A stretch of 62,056 nucleotides of DNA from Candidatus Pacebacteria bacterium RIFOXYA1_FULL_38_18 (GTDB taxonomy: Bacteria > Patescibacteriota > Microgenomatia > UBA1400 > PJMF01), in the NCBI GenBank assembly GCA_001787405.1, contig MFWV01000001.1, forward strand, positions 1 to 62,056, written 5' to 3'. Of this stretch, positions 47,330-59,200 are shown piece by piece (within the stretch, counting starts at the first letter, position 1; the number at the start of each line of letters is the position of its first letter). A model generated the notes under the pieces. The model ran no database searches and had not been told where the DNA came from. It was given only the letters and a program-made list of their open reading frames with translations. The position numbers and the translations under genes are program-made.

Positions 47330-48985
47330 ATGACAATCATTCAAGCTAAACACTGGGCGGATAAAATAGTCGAAGAGATTTTTGAGTGGCAAACCAACCA
47401 ACCTCAAAAAATTACTTTGCATGTGGATGATATGAAAACTCCCTCTGGTAGAGTGCATACTGGTTCATTGCGTGGAGCGGTTTTACATGATGTGATTGCT
47501 CAAGTATTGATGATTAAATCAGCTGAAAAAATAGTAAGCACCTATGTTTTCAACGATATGGATCCCATGGATGGTTTGCCAAGTTATTTGGATCAATCAG
47601 AATACGCCCCACACATGGGGAAGCCTTTATATCAAATTCCCGCTCCCCCCTTGAATCAATCAGGGCTCAATTTGGACTTAATCACTGCTGAAGAAAAAAA
47701 ACGCTTTCAAGGCGCCAAGACCTTTAGTGAGTTTTATGCCTTGGATTTTATTGATGCTTTTAGAAGAATTGGTTGCCAGCAAGAAATTGTTTGGAGTCAT
47801 GAGCTTTATGAATCAGGCAAAATGGATAAAATAATTCGTCTCAGTTTGGATAATGTTGAGAAAATCAAAGAGATTTATAAACAGGTAGCTGACTATAATT
47901 TACCTGATAAATGGTATCCTTTCCAAGTTATTTGTCCAAAATGTGGCAAAGTGGGCACTACCCTAGTGACTGATTGGGATGGCAATGAGGTTAGTTTTGA
48001 GTGTCAATCCGACAAAGTTGAGTGGGCTCAGGGCTGTGGATATATTGGTAAAATTAGTCCTTTTGGCGGAACAGGTAAATTGTTGTGGAAAGTTGATTGG
48101 CCGGCTCATTGGGCAGTTTTGGGGGTGACCGTAGAGGGAGCAGGTAAAGATCATACTTCAGCTGGTGGTTCACGAGACATGGGTAAGGCAATCGTTGAAG
48201 AAGTTTTTGCTTGGCAAAATCCTTTTGATATTCCTTACGAATGGATTTTGGTGCGAGGGGCCAAGATGAGCTCCAGTAAAGGAATTGGTACTTCGGCTAG
48301 AGAGTTTGTTCGACTTTTTCCAGCAGCCATTGGTCGCTTTTTATTTGTCAACAAACACTACAACCAAGTCATCGATTTTGATCCGAAAGGAATGGCTATC
48401 CCTGATTTATTTGATGAATATGATCAAGCAGCCAGGATTTTTTGGGGAGAAGAAAAAGGTGATCAGCGCTTGAGTAGAGCTTTTGAATTATCACAAATTG
48501 ATCAAGTACCTCAACCTCATTTTTTACCTCGTTTTCGTGATCTTGCCATTTGGATGCAACATCCAGAACTTGACCTAGAAGAAGAATTTGGCAAAATTAA
48601 AGGTTCAACCTTGACCAAAACAGAGTTGGCGGTTCTGGCGGATCGTCAAACATATGCTCAAATTTGGATAGATCAATATGCGCCTGAAGAATTTCAATTT
48701 ACTTTTCGATCAAATAACTCCCCTACTCTAGAGCTAACTACTGCAGAACGGGAATTTTTGCAAACAGTGGGAGAATTAATCGAGAGCAAGGCTTGGCAAC
48801 CGGCAGATTTTCAGCAAGCACTTTTTGACTCAGCCAAGCAAACCATCGGTGCCAAACAGGGTTTTCAAGCTATTTACAAGGCTTTTTTGGGTAAAAAATC
48901 AGGACCCAGAGCAGGTTGGTTTTTATTAAATATTCCAGCGGAACAACGCCAGCAACACTTTCTTCAAGTGATAGAAGGAAAATAA
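47330..48985 (+). CDS. lysS: class I lysyl-tRNA synthetase
   Basis: HWAD, TPSGRVHTG (HIGH-like), CPKCG, KL.WKVDWP, GKDH, KMSSSKG and GPR motifs. Confidence 0.95.
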   Translation: MTIIQAKHWADKIVEEIFEWQTNQPQKITLHVDDMKTPSGRVHTGSLRGAVLHDVIAQVLMIKSAEKIVSTYVFNDMDPMDGLPSYLDQSEYAPHMGKPLYQIPAPPLNQSGLNLDLITAEEKKRFQGAKTFSEFYALDFIDAFRRIGCQQEIVWSHELYESGKMDKIIRLSLDNVEKIKEIYKQVADYNLPDKWYPFQVICPKCGKVGTTLVTDWDGNEVSFECQSDKVEWAQGCGYIGKISPFGGTGKLLWKVDWPAHWAVLGVTVEGAGKDHTSAGGSRDMGKAIVEEVFAWQNPFDIPYEWILVRGAKMSSSKGIGTSAREFVRLFPAAIGRFLFVNKHYNQVIDFDPKGMAIPDLFDEYDQAARIFWGEEKGDQRLSRAFELSQIDQVPQPHFLPRFRDLAIWMQHPELDLEEEFGKIKGSTLTKTELAVLADRQTYAQIWIDQYAPEEFQFTFRSNNSPTLELTTAEREFLQTVGELIESKAWQPADFQQALFDSAKQTIGAKQGFQAIYKAFLGKKSGPRAGWFLLNIPAEQRQQHFLQVIEGK

Positions 48986-48989
48986 TTTT

Positions 48990-49526
48990 ATGAAATTTCC
49001 TGATTTAAAAGAATCAACGGCAGTTTTGGCAAAATACGTCAAAAATAAAGCCTTGCGCCAACATTGCCGATTGGTAGCCTTGGCCATGGAGGCTTATGCC
49101 GAAAGCCTGGGTGAAGACAAAGAGCTTTGGTATCAAACAGGTTTATTGCATGATTTGGATTGGGAAATGTATCCAGACGAGCATCCCAAAAGGGCAGTTG
49201 AGGAAATTCTGATCAACTACCCCGCCGAACTGACTGCAGCAATCAGCGCGCACGCACCTGAAAGAACCGGTAAAGAGCCAAAAACATTGATCGAGCGCTA
49301 TCTTTTTGCTTGTGATGAGTTGTCTGGCCTGATGTATGCCGTATCACTGATGCGACCGAATGGCTTTGCTGATATGAGTCCCAAATCAGTCAAAAAAAAG
49401 CTGAAGGATAAATCTTTTGCAGCCAATGTAAATAGAGCAGATATCAAGAAAGGGTTCGAATTGATTGGCAAAAACCCCGATGAACATATATCATTCTTAA
49501 TTGAGGTATTTAAAAAAGAAAAGTAA
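48990..49526 (+). CDS. HDIG-type HD hydrolase
   Basis: H...V, GLLHDLD, ACDELSG, RP and KKKLKDKSFAA motifs. Confidence 0.88.
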   Translation: MKFPDLKESTAVLAKYVKNKALRQHCRLVALAMEAYAESLGEDKELWYQTGLLHDLDWEMYPDEHPKRAVEEILINYPAELTAAISAHAPERTGKEPKTLIERYLFACDELSGLMYAVSLMRPNGFADMSPKSVKKKLKDKSFAANVNRADIKKGFELIGKNPDEHISFLIEVFKKEK

Positions 49527-49528
49527 AT

Positions 49529-50800
49529 ATGTTGGATATTAATTATATTCGTAAAAATGCTGAAGTTGTCAGAAAAGCTTGTCAAAACAAACAGCTCGAT
49601 TCTTCAGTGGTAGATCAAGTATTAGCAGTTGATGAACATCGTCGAGAATTAATGGTTGAGGTGCAGACTCTGCGTCAGCAAGCAAATGAAAACGCCAAGA
49701 CGGTTAAACAACAAGTCGCCGATGGCCAGCGACCGACCGAGGAAGCAATTGCCAAAGGAAAAGAGATTAAAGAACAACTAAAAGCAATTGAACCACAGCT
49801 CAAAGAAATAGAAGAGAAATTTGATGAATTGATGCTGGCTGTGCCCAATGTGCCAGCAGAAGATGTGCCGGTGGGTAAAGATGAAACAGGCAATCAGGTT
49901 TTACGTCAAGAAGGAGAGCTTCCGCAATTTGATTTTAAACCCAAACAGCATCAGGAATTGATGGAAAAGCTAGATATGTTGGATACAAAGCGAGCAGTGC
50001 GCATTGCTGGTTTTAGGGCTTACTTTTTGAAAAATAATGGCTTATTGCTAGAACAGGCCTTGCTGGCTTATGCATTAGATTTGATGGCTAAACATGGTTT
50101 TACTCTCATGAATGCTCCTGTACTGGTTAATAAAGAAGCCTTGATTGGTACTGGCTATTTTCCTTGGGGAGAGGAAGATCATTACGTAACTCAAGATGGC
50201 TCAATTTTGACTGGTACTTCAGAAGTAGCTTTGACGGCTTATTATGCTGGAGAAACTTTAACCGAAAAAGATTTACCTATCAAACTGACTGGCATTTCAC
50301 CTTGTTTCAGACGCGAAGTGGGCTCATACGGTAAAGATACCCAAGGCATTATTAGAGTTCATCAGTTTAATAAAGTAGAACAAATGGTCTATACGGTGGC
50401 AAATGAAGCAGAAACCAGAGTTTGGCACGATAAAATGTTGGGATTTTCAGAAGAATTATTAAAGAACTTGGAGTTGCCTTATCAAGTTTTATTGATGTGT
50501 ACGGGAGACATGGGAGCTGGGCAGTGTAAAAAGTATGATCTGGAAACTTGGTTTCCGGCTCAAAATAAGTATCGCGAAACTCACTCAGCTAGTTATTTCA
50601 AGGATTTTCAATCAAGACGATTAAACATTCGCTACCAGGCTCAAGATGGCAGTTTGCAGTATGTTTACACACTCAATAATACCGTGGCTGCTTCACCTCG
50701 TTTATTGGCAGCAATTATAGAAAATTATCAACAAGCAGATGGTACGATTGGTGTGCCCAAAGTTCTTCAACCTTATTTGAACAAAACCAAGCTTGATTGA
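49529..50800 (+). CDS. serS: seryl-tRNA synthetase
   Basis: MLDI, GTSE, FRREVG, RVHQFNKVE and TLNNT motifs. Confidence 0.97.
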   Translation: MLDINYIRKNAEVVRKACQNKQLDSSVVDQVLAVDEHRRELMVEVQTLRQQANENAKTVKQQVADGQRPTEEAIAKGKEIKEQLKAIEPQLKEIEEKFDELMLAVPNVPAEDVPVGKDETGNQVLRQEGELPQFDFKPKQHQELMEKLDMLDTKRAVRIAGFRAYFLKNNGLLLEQALLAYALDLMAKHGFTLMNAPVLVNKEALIGTGYFPWGEEDHYVTQDGSILTGTSEVALTAYYAGETLTEKDLPIKLTGISPCFRREVGSYGKDTQGIIRVHQFNKVEQMVYTVANEAETRVWHDKMLGFSEELLKNLELPYQVLLMCTGDMGAGQCKKYDLETWFPAQNKYRETHSASYFKDFQSRRLNIRYQAQDGSLQYVYTLNNTVAASPRLLAAIIENYQQADGTIGVPKVLQPYLNKTKLD

Positions 50801-50855
50801 GATTTTGTGAGATTTGTCTCAAAAAATACACCAAGTTACTTTATAATAAACCCCT

Positions 50856-53816
50856 ATGTTGAAGTTTTTATCCAAAATTTTTGACGAAAATCAGCGCAAA
50901 CTAAATTCCTATCAAAAAATGGTTGATGAGATTAATGATTGGGAACCCAAGATTAAGAAATTAAGTGATACCCAGTTGGCTGCTCAGACAGATAAATTTC
51001 GTCGCGAGATAGAAACAATCCGTACCAAAGTTACCCCGGGAGATGTCGAAGCTCTAGCTATAGCCGAACAAAATATATTGGATGAATTATTGCCAGAAGT
51101 TTTTGCTACGGTGAGAGAGACTGCTCGCAGAGTATTGGGCATGCGCCACTATGATGTTCAGCTTTTGGCTGGTATTGCTTTACACAAAAAAAACATTACG
51201 GAACAAAAAACAGGTGAGGGCAAAACTCTTACGGTGAGTGCCCCTCTCTATCTCAATGCTCTACTGGGCAAGGGTGCTCATTTGGTAACGGTCAATGATT
51301 ATTTGGCCGAAGTAGGTGTGGGTTGGATGGGACCTATCTATCATTTTCTAGGCTTGAAAACAGCGGTTATAGTTCACGATCATGCCAAACTTTACGACCC
51401 CAGTGTAGATAGTGAAGACAGAGGCGATGAACGCTTGGAGCATTTTCTAGAAATTTCCCGGCAAGATGCTTATTTAGCTGATATTACCTATGGCACTAAC
51501 AATGAGTTTGGTTTTGATTATTTGCGCGATAATATGGTGCAAACTTTGGATCGCATGGTTCAGCGTCAAAACTATGCTCATCATTTTGCTATCGTTGACG
51601 AAGCCGACTCAATTTTGATAGATGAAGCTCGTACGCCATTGATTATTTCCGCTCCCGATACCGAGCCCACCCAAAAATATCATGAAACCGCTCATATGGT
51701 GAAATCTCTGGTCAAAGATCAGGATTATTCGATTGATGAAAAATCAAAATCAGCTACCCTGACGGACTTAGGTGTCAAGCGAATTGAGCAAAAATTGGGT
51801 GTAAAAAATCTTTATGAAGAAAGTTTTGAAACCATTCATCACATTGAATCAGCTCTTAAAGCCATGACTCTCTATCATCGTGATAAAGAATATATTGTTC
51901 GTGATGGACAAGTGGTGATTGTTGATGAACACACTGGTCGGCTCATGTATGGCAGACGTTATTCGGACGGACTTCACCAAGCTATCGAAGCCAAAGAAGC
52001 AGTCAATATTCAACAAGAATCTCGTACTTTGGCCACTATTTCCATTCAAAATTATTTTAGAATGTATCAAAAATTGGCAGGTATGACCGGTACTGCTGCC
52101 ACCGAAGCCGAAGAGTTTAATAAAATTTATGAAGTGGATGTTTTGGTTATTCCTACCAATAAGCCGATTGTTCGCAATGATCGCTCTGACATAGTTTATA
52201 AAACTACTACTGCCAAATATTCAGCAATCATCAAGGAAATAGAAACTTTGCACGCCAAAGGCAGGCCAATTTTGCTTGGAACAAGATCAATCGACAATAA
52301 CCAAATTATTGCTAGTTTTCTGACCAGAAAAAAAATTCCTCATCAAATTTTGAATGCCAAAAATAATGAAAAAGAAGCCTTCATTATTGCTGATGCTGGT
52401 AAAAAAGGTGCCATTACGGTAGCTACCAATATTGCTGGTCGCGGAGTAGATATTGTTTTGGGAGGGGCTCAGCCAGAATTGAAAGAATATCGTAAAAAAA
52501 CCACCACCAAAAAAAGAACAACTCTTCCCAAAAAATATGAGAGCTTGAGACTGCCAACCAATATCAATCCTGCCAATTACAAATTGGCCGAATATGCGCA
52601 AGCGATGGATAAATGGCAAAAAGCTCATGATGAAGTAGTCTCTTTGGGTGGTCTGCATATTTTGGGTACGGAAAGACATGAATCACGACGAATTGATAAT
52701 CAGCTAAGGGGTCGGGCTGGCAGACAAGGAGATCCTGGTTCTTCACAGTTTTTTGTGAGTTTGGAAGATGAAATTATGCGCATTTTTGGTGGAGAACAAA
52801 TTGCCAAAATCATGGATTTTCTAAAAATTGACGAGAATCAACCGATTGAACATTCAATGGTGGGCAAATCAATCGAATCAGCTCAAGTAAAAGTAGAAGG
52901 CTTTTTCTTTGATCAGCGCAAACGCTTGGTGGAGTTTGATGATGTGATGAATAAACATCGGGAAATTATTTACAAACGCCGTCGTCGTTTATTGGAACAA
53001 GCAGAGGCAGAAGTTCGTCAGGAAACAGTTGGCGAGCCATTGGAAGAGCAAATCAAGGGATTTTTAGAAAAAGAAATTCACGCTTTGGTGGGCAAACATC
53101 TCTCTCATGATTTTGCTGATGAAGAGCTTGATGCGCTAGTAAAAGAATTTATTACGATTATTCCTTTCGATAATGAGTCACAAAAAAGACTTTTTAAAGA
53201 TTTGAAAAATCTTGGTAACGAAGATGATATAGCAGATCGATTGTTGAAAATTGTGGATGACACTTATAGTTCGCGAGAGCGGGTGCTGGGCAAAGATCAG
53301 TTGCGCAATTTAGAAAAAATGGTGGTTTTATCTACTATTGATGAGAAATGGATGGATCATTTGGACGAAGTAGAAAGTTTGCGTGAAGGGATTTGGCTCA
53401 GAGGTGATAAACAAACAGTTATTTCAGAGTATAAAAAAGAAGCTTTTGGATTATTTGAAGAATTGATTGACAGCATTGACGTTACTATTGCCAAACGTAT
53501 TTTCCGAGTGCATCCCATCTCGCAACCCATTCAACCAGTCATGCCGACTGATATTGAACTGAGAAAAGAAGACATTCATGAAAGCATTGCCAAAGAAGTA
53601 GCTGATGCCACTCCCCCCTCTGCCAGCAAAACCCCGCAAAAACAAGCTGGTTCATTGGGAGATTTGGCGGCTGCACTGGGATCTGCCAAGGCAACTCCAT
53701 CCAGAAAACCTGGCTCCAAGCGGGCCAAAATCGGTCGTAATGATCCTTGTCCTTGTGGTAGTGGCCTGAAATACAAAAAGTGTGGCTTGATCAATGCTCC
53801 AGAACATAAAGGATAG
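50856..53816 (+). CDS. secA: preprotein translocase SecA
   Basis: KTGEGKT, DEAD, AGRGVDI, NQLRGRAGRQGDPG and SEC-C GRNDPCPCGSG motifs. Confidence 0.98.
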   Translation: MLKFLSKIFDENQRKLNSYQKMVDEINDWEPKIKKLSDTQLAAQTDKFRREIETIRTKVTPGDVEALAIAEQNILDELLPEVFATVRETARRVLGMRHYDVQLLAGIALHKKNITEQKTGEGKTLTVSAPLYLNALLGKGAHLVTVNDYLAEVGVGWMGPIYHFLGLKTAVIVHDHAKLYDPSVDSEDRGDERLEHFLEISRQDAYLADITYGTNNEFGFDYLRDNMVQTLDRMVQRQNYAHHFAIVDEADSILIDEARTPLIISAPDTEPTQKYHETAHMVKSLVKDQDYSIDEKSKSATLTDLGVKRIEQKLGVKNLYEESFETIHHIESALKAMTLYHRDKEYIVRDGQVVIVDEHTGRLMYGRRYSDGLHQAIEAKEAVNIQQESRTLATISIQNYFRMYQKLAGMTGTAATEAEEFNKIYEVDVLVIPTNKPIVRNDRSDIVYKTTTAKYSAIIKEIETLHAKGRPILLGTRSIDNNQIIASFLTRKKIPHQILNAKNNEKEAFIIADAGKKGAITVATNIAGRGVDIVLGGAQPELKEYRKKTTTKKRTTLPKKYESLRLPTNINPANYKLAEYAQAMDKWQKAHDEVVSLGGLHILGTERHESRRIDNQLRGRAGRQGDPGSSQFFVSLEDEIMRIFGGEQIAKIMDFLKIDENQPIEHSMVGKSIESAQVKVEGFFFDQRKRLVEFDDVMNKHREIIYKRRRRLLEQAEAEVRQETVGEPLEEQIKGFLEKEIHALVGKHLSHDFADEELDALVKEFITIIPFDNESQKRLFKDLKNLGNEDDIADRLLKIVDDTYSSRERVLGKDQLRNLEKMVVLSTIDEKWMDHLDEVESLREGIWLRGDKQTVISEYKKEAFGLFEELIDSIDVTIAKRIFRVHPISQPIQPVMPTDIELRKEDIHESIAKEVADATPPSASKTPQKQAGSLGDLAAALGSAKATPSRKPGSKRAKIGRNDPCPCGSGLKYKKCGLINAPEHKG

Positions 53817-53835
53817 TTAGTTTAAATTAAATATC

Positions 53836-54684
53836 ATGCCGGAACTTCCAGAAGTTGAAACAGTAGTACGCCGTTTGGCTAAGGTTTTACCAGGTAAGGT
53901 AATTAAATCAATTGAAGTGTTGCGTGATAAAAGTTTTCAAGGAAAATCAAATCAACTCAAGGCTCGTCAAATTATTAGAGTTAACCGGCGGGCTAAAATG
54001 ATTCATTTGGAAATTGAAGGTGATCATGATTTATTAATTCACCTCAAAATGACTGGCCAGTTAGTTTTTGTTGGCAATGGTCAAAAAATTGGAGGTGGTC
54101 ACCCCACTGGAGATTGGGTGAATGAATTACCCAGCAATCATACGAGAGCAATCATCAATTTTCAGGATGGATCGATTTTGTATTTTAATGATATGCGTGT
54201 TTTTGGGTGGATGAGAATGTTGGATCAGCCAGCACTTGAAAAAGAATTTAATCGTTATGGACCAGATGCCAATAGTGATGAATTAACTGTTGATTATTTT
54301 AAAAAAGTATTTGCCCATCGCAGTATTCCTATTAAACAGGCAATCATGGATAATGTTCTACTTTCTGGTATTGGCAACATTTACGCTAGTGAAGCTTTGT
54401 TTTATGCGGGTATTCATCCTCAGCGGTCAGCAAAATCTCTAATTCATGCTGAATGGAAAAAACTACATCAAGCAATTAGAATGGTATTGGATGAGGGAAT
54501 TAAAGCTGGTGGAACGACTTTTGATGGTAAATATGTCAATGCAGATGGATTAGCCGGTCATTATCAAGATAAATTGATGGTTTATGGACGAGCCGGAGAA
54601 CTTTGTCTAAATTGTCAAACAAAAATCGGAAAAATTAAGCTAGCTGGTCGTGGTAGTTATTTTTGCCCTCGGTGTCAAACTTGA
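53836..54684 (+). CDS. mutM: formamidopyrimidine-DNA glycosylase
   Basis: MPELPEVET, HLKMTG, GIGNIY and a C-terminal Zn finger. Confidence 0.97.
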   Translation: MPELPEVETVVRRLAKVLPGKVIKSIEVLRDKSFQGKSNQLKARQIIRVNRRAKMIHLEIEGDHDLLIHLKMTGQLVFVGNGQKIGGGHPTGDWVNELPSNHTRAIINFQDGSILYFNDMRVFGWMRMLDQPALEKEFNRYGPDANSDELTVDYFKKVFAHRSIPIKQAIMDNVLLSGIGNIYASEALFYAGIHPQRSAKSLIHAEWKKLHQAIRMVLDEGIKAGGTTFDGKYVNADGLAGHYQDKLMVYGRAGELCLNCQTKIGKIKLAGRGSYFCPRCQT

Positions 54685-54691
54685 TTGGTTT

Positions 54692-55189
54692 ATGAAAAAA
54701 ATTATTTATTCAGTTACCAACTTCGTGCATTGTGGGGATGATTATTTATTTATTCATCGAACCAAAAAAACTGATTATAAAGTGGATAGCGGTCGTTTAA
54801 ATGGCATTGGTGGCAAGTTAGAACCAAATGAAAATTTTTTACAAGCAGCGATTAGAGAGACCAAAGAAGAAACTGGTTTAGTAGTTGAGGCTAAAGATAT
54901 TAAGCTAGCCGGCATAGTGCGCATGCAGGGTGGTTATGAACAGGATTGGTTGATGTGTTTTTTCAAGATTTCCGTACCGGACAAATCAATTCCAGCCGGG
55001 ATGGAAAATCCAGAGGGTCAGTTAGTATGGTTACCCAAAGATCAAGTATTGAAGAGCGATTTTGAATTAGTTGATGATCTTAATTATTGTTTTACTGATA
55101 TTACTGAAGAAAGAATCCCCTTTTTTGTTCATGCTGAAATGAATGAAGATGAGACGGTAAAAAAATGGAACGCAGATTATTTAAAATAA
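54692..55189 (+). CDS. NUDIX hydrolase (MutT-like)
   Basis: GGKLEPNE....AAIRETKEETGL Nudix box; ATG 54692. Confidence 0.9.
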   Translation: MKKIIYSVTNFVHCGDDYLFIHRTKKTDYKVDSGRLNGIGGKLEPNENFLQAAIRETKEETGLVVEAKDIKLAGIVRMQGGYEQDWLMCFFKISVPDKSIPAGMENPEGQLVWLPKDQVLKSDFELVDDLNYCFTDITEERIPFFVHAEMNEDETVKKWNADYLK

Positions 55190-55225
55190 TTATTTTAATT
55201 TTAAAATAAAATAATTAAAACAAAA

Positions 55226-56158
55226 TTATAAATATTTTTTCAAAGTATTAACAGATTTTTCAAAAAGTTGTTTTTCATCCCAGGAAAGTTTGATTTCAAT
55301 TGCCTGCTCTACTCCACCTCTGCCGATAACACATGGTACGCTCAGGGCCACTCCGCTGTGTCCTTGGTAATTGTGAAGCGGTATGGAAACTGGAAAAACT
55401 TGCTTGCTATCACGCAGAACAGTCTCTACAAGTTTGGCAGTTGCCACGGCAATAGCATAATAAGTAGATCCTTTGGTAGCAATAATTTTATAAGCAGCAT
55501 CTCTAGTTTTTTGATAGGCAGCCTGAGCTTTTTCAATGGTCATGTTTGGTAGAGATAACAAATTTTGACCACCGACTAGAGCGCTAGCTAGTGCTGGAAA
55601 AGAAGTGTCGCCATGCTCGCCTAGAATATAGGCATGAATACTTTTAGGATTGATTTTCAGACTTTCTGATAGGTGAAAGCGGAAACGAGAACTGTCCAAA
55701 GTAGTTCCAGTGCCAAAGATTTGTCCTTTTGGTAGATTGGCAATTTTGTAAGCCTCATAGGTGAGGACATCAACAGGATTGCTGATGATGATAATGATTG
55801 CTCCAGGTGCATATTTAACAACTTTGGGAATTATTTCTCTGATAATTTCTTTATTTTTGGTTGTCAGGTCCAGTCTAGTATCTCCTGGTTTTTGTGCGCA
55901 ACCAGCAGCAATTACCACCACATCAGTATTCTTCAGATCTTCGTAATTGGCAGAGGAGTGAACTTGGGCAGAGTTCATGAATAGCGAACCATGCTCTAGG
56001 TCAAGTTCCTCACCCTTTATTTTATCTTCGGAACGGCTGATGAGCAGTAATTCGTTGGGAATGTTTTTCAAAAGTAAAGCAAAAGCCACCGACATACCCA
56101 CACGACCACAACCAATGATGGCGACTTTATTATTATCGTATTTGGGCAGTGTAGTCAC
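55226..56158 (-). CDS. ldh: L-lactate dehydrogenase
   Basis: GCGRVG, AQKPGDTRLDL (Gln specificity residue), SNPVD, LDSSR and GEHGD motifs. Confidence 0.93.
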   Translation of the reverse strand: MTTLPKYDNNKVAIIGCGRVGMSVAFALLLKNIPNELLLISRSEDKIKGEELDLEHGSLFMNSAQVHSSANYEDLKNTDVVVIAAGCAQKPGDTRLDLTTKNKEIIREIIPKVVKYAPGAIIIIISNPVDVLTYEAYKIANLPKGQIFGTGTTLDSSRFRFHLSESLKINPKSIHAYILGEHGDTSFPALASALVGGQNLLSLPNMTIEKAQAAYQKTRDAAYKIIATKGSTYYAIAVATAKLVETVLRDSKQVFPVSIPLHNYQGHSGVALSVPCVIGRGGVEQAIEIKLSWDEKQLFEKSVNTLKKYL

Positions 56159-56216
56159 AGATTTATTCTATTACTTTTATATTGATGAAAGCAAACTCGA
56201 TTAATTATTTGCCAAA

Positions 56217-59200
56217 TTAACTCAAGATGTTTTGAATTTCTTTTTCTAGATCCTCACTCCATTTCACGCCATAAGGTAGCATGATGCGTTCTGGTTTACC
56301 ACCATTGGGAATCAAGACGGCAACTCTCATTTTTCCAGGATATTTTTTTAAAAGATTGCCTAGATTTTGTAAGGTTTTTTTCTCGGTTTTACGAGGAATG
56401 AAGATTTCTTTGGCATTATCTCTATGATTGTTATTGGTATTTTCTGCGGGAGTGCTGATTTTTTCTGCTACCAACTTTAATTCATCTTCACGATATTGCA
56501 CGGTAGCTTTGATGAGAACAACTTTATTTTCTTGGATGATATCTTTTTCTTGTTGATAAAGTTTGGGAAAGAAAACTATTTCTATACTTCCCGTAGAATC
56601 TTGCAAAACACCAAAAGCCATTTCAGAACCGTTTTTTTTGGTTCTGGTAACCTTGACTCGATTCAAGATTCCACCAAAAATAAAAACTTTATCTTTATGA
56701 ATGTGATGATCTAGTTCATTAATATTTTTATTTGACTGACCGCTAACCATTTCCAGCTGATCTGCCAATGGATTATCGGTTAGATACATACCCAATAATT
56801 CTTTTTCGAAAGATAATAATTCTTTCACAGAATACTCTTTGAGTTTGGGAAAACTATCTTGAATAGTGGTGCTATCAGTAGAGACTTTGGCAAAAAGATT
56901 GTCTTGACCATCCACATCAGATTGAAATTGAGCAGCTGTTTGACGAATATCTTCTAGATTTTCCAACATGCTGGATCTAGTGCCAAAACTATCCATTGCT
57001 CCTACTTTGATCAAACTCTCAATCACTTTTTTATTAACTTTTCTACCATCAGTTTTATGAATGAATTGAGTGAGTGAATGAAATTTACCTTTCAATTCTT
57101 GTCTGGTTTGCAAAATATTTTCAATAGCTGCAATGCCAACATTTTTGATAGCAGAAAGACTAAAGCGAATCGCCTTTTTTTCCAAAGATTGCTGGTTTTT
57201 TTCAATAGTGAAAGTATCATCCGATGAATTAATATCCGGTGGTAAGATTTTAATACCCATTTCTCTACTAGCTTCAACTGCCACGGAAACTTTTTCATCT
57301 CTGCTCAAAGAAGTGGCATTTGATTCAACGCTCAAAAGAGCAGCCATATATTCCACTGGATAATTGGCCTTAAGATAGGCAGTTTGATAAGCAATCATGG
57401 CATAACTGGCTGCGTGAGCTTTATTAAAACCGTAATTGGCAAAGGCTTCAATAAAGCCCCAAACTTTTTCTGAAACATTTTTTTTGTAACCTTTTTTAAC
57501 AGAATCTCTGATAAATCGCTCCCGATTTTTATCCAACATTTTGCGTTGTTTTTTACCAATTGCACGTCGCAAAACATCAGCTTCACCCATGGTGTAGCCA
57601 GCCATATGGTGCACAATTTCCAAAACTTGCTCTTGGTAAACCATGATTCCATAAGTTTCTTCCAAGATAGGCTTGAGTGAATCATGAGGATAAGTAACAC
57701 TTTTGGGATTATGCTTGCCCTCAATAAAACGAGGAATAAGATCCATTGGTCCTGGTCGATAAAGGGCCAGCATAGCGGTAATATCAGAAAATTGAGTGGG
57801 TTGTAAAGATTTGGCTACTCGGCGCATACCGCCAGACTCCAACTGGAAAATGCCGACGGTTTCTCCAGAAGCCAATAATTGATAGGTCTTTTTGTCATCA
57901 ATGGCAATCTTGTCGATATCCAATTTTTTATTTTGGTATTTTTCAATTAAATTAACAGCAGTCTGAATAGTGGATAAGTTGCGTAATCCCAAAAAATCAA
58001 ATTTTAGCAAACCAATGGCTTGATCATCAATATTGCAGTCCAGTGAATACATATCATATTGAGTAATCATTTTGCCGGTACGGCTATCTTTTTGAATCGG
58101 AGTGTATTCAGGCAGTGGTTTATCAGCAATGATGACGGCGGCGGCGTGAACGCTACTGTGGCGAATAGTTCCTTCAACTTGTTGGGCTAAATCTAGTAAT
58201 TTTTTGAAACGAGGTTGTTTATAGTATTCTCCTAGTTCTGGTACATTTCTCAAAGCAGAAGCGATACTGGTTTTTTTGCCAGGTACATTGGGAATGAGTT
58301 TGGCGATTCGATCAGGTTCTTCATAGGGCATGCCCAACACTCGGCCAATATCTCGCACAGCCACTCTTGCCTCCATTCGACCAAAAGTAATCACATGAGC
58401 TAAATGATCGCGACCATATTTTTTGGCTGCATATTCAATCACTTCCTCGCGCCGATCATCAGCAAAATCAATATCAATATCAGGGGGTGTGGGACGCTCT
58501 GGATTCAAAAAACGTTCAAAAGGCAAACCATGTTCTAAAGGATTGAGGGTGGTAATATCCAAACCATAAGATACCAGTGAGCCGGCAACAGAACCTCTAC
58601 CCGGACCAACACCAATACCCTGTTTTTTTGCCCAGGTAACAAAATCTTGAGTAATTAAAAAATAAGTGGCATAGCCTTTATTGTTAATAATATTTAATTC
58701 ATATTCCACGCGATCTTTGACTTCCTTGGTTATTTTGTCAAATTTATGCTTCAAACCTTCATAAGTTTTTTTGCTCAGCCACGATTCGGTAGTTTCATTT
58801 TTGGGTAATTTAAATTCAGGAAAAATAAGTTGGCCGGTAGGAATTTCCAAATTGCACTGTTTGGCAATTTTGACAGTATTTTCAATTGCTTCTGGATAAT
58901 CACTAAACAAATCCTTCATTTCTTCAGTAGATTTCAAATAAAAAGAAGGCATGTCAACCATGCTCATACGTTTTTTATCGGAAATTAATTTTCTGGTTTG
59001 TACACAAAGTAGAGCATCCTGAGCTTCTACCTCTGTGGCTTCTACATAGTGAACGTCATTGGTGGCGACCAAAGGAATATCCAAATCTCTAGAAATCTTG
59101 ATTAATTTTTTATTAAGCTCTTTTAACTCGGTTGCTCCTGGGTGATTTTGTAATTCAATATAAAATCGATCGCCAAAGATTTCTTTATATTTTTGAAATT

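Noticed and set aside
55178-55225. AT-rich palindromes resembling a dif site
   Set aside because: The XerD-like arm lacks the 6-bp spacer and a XerC arm; more simply an AT-rich gap between convergent genes.
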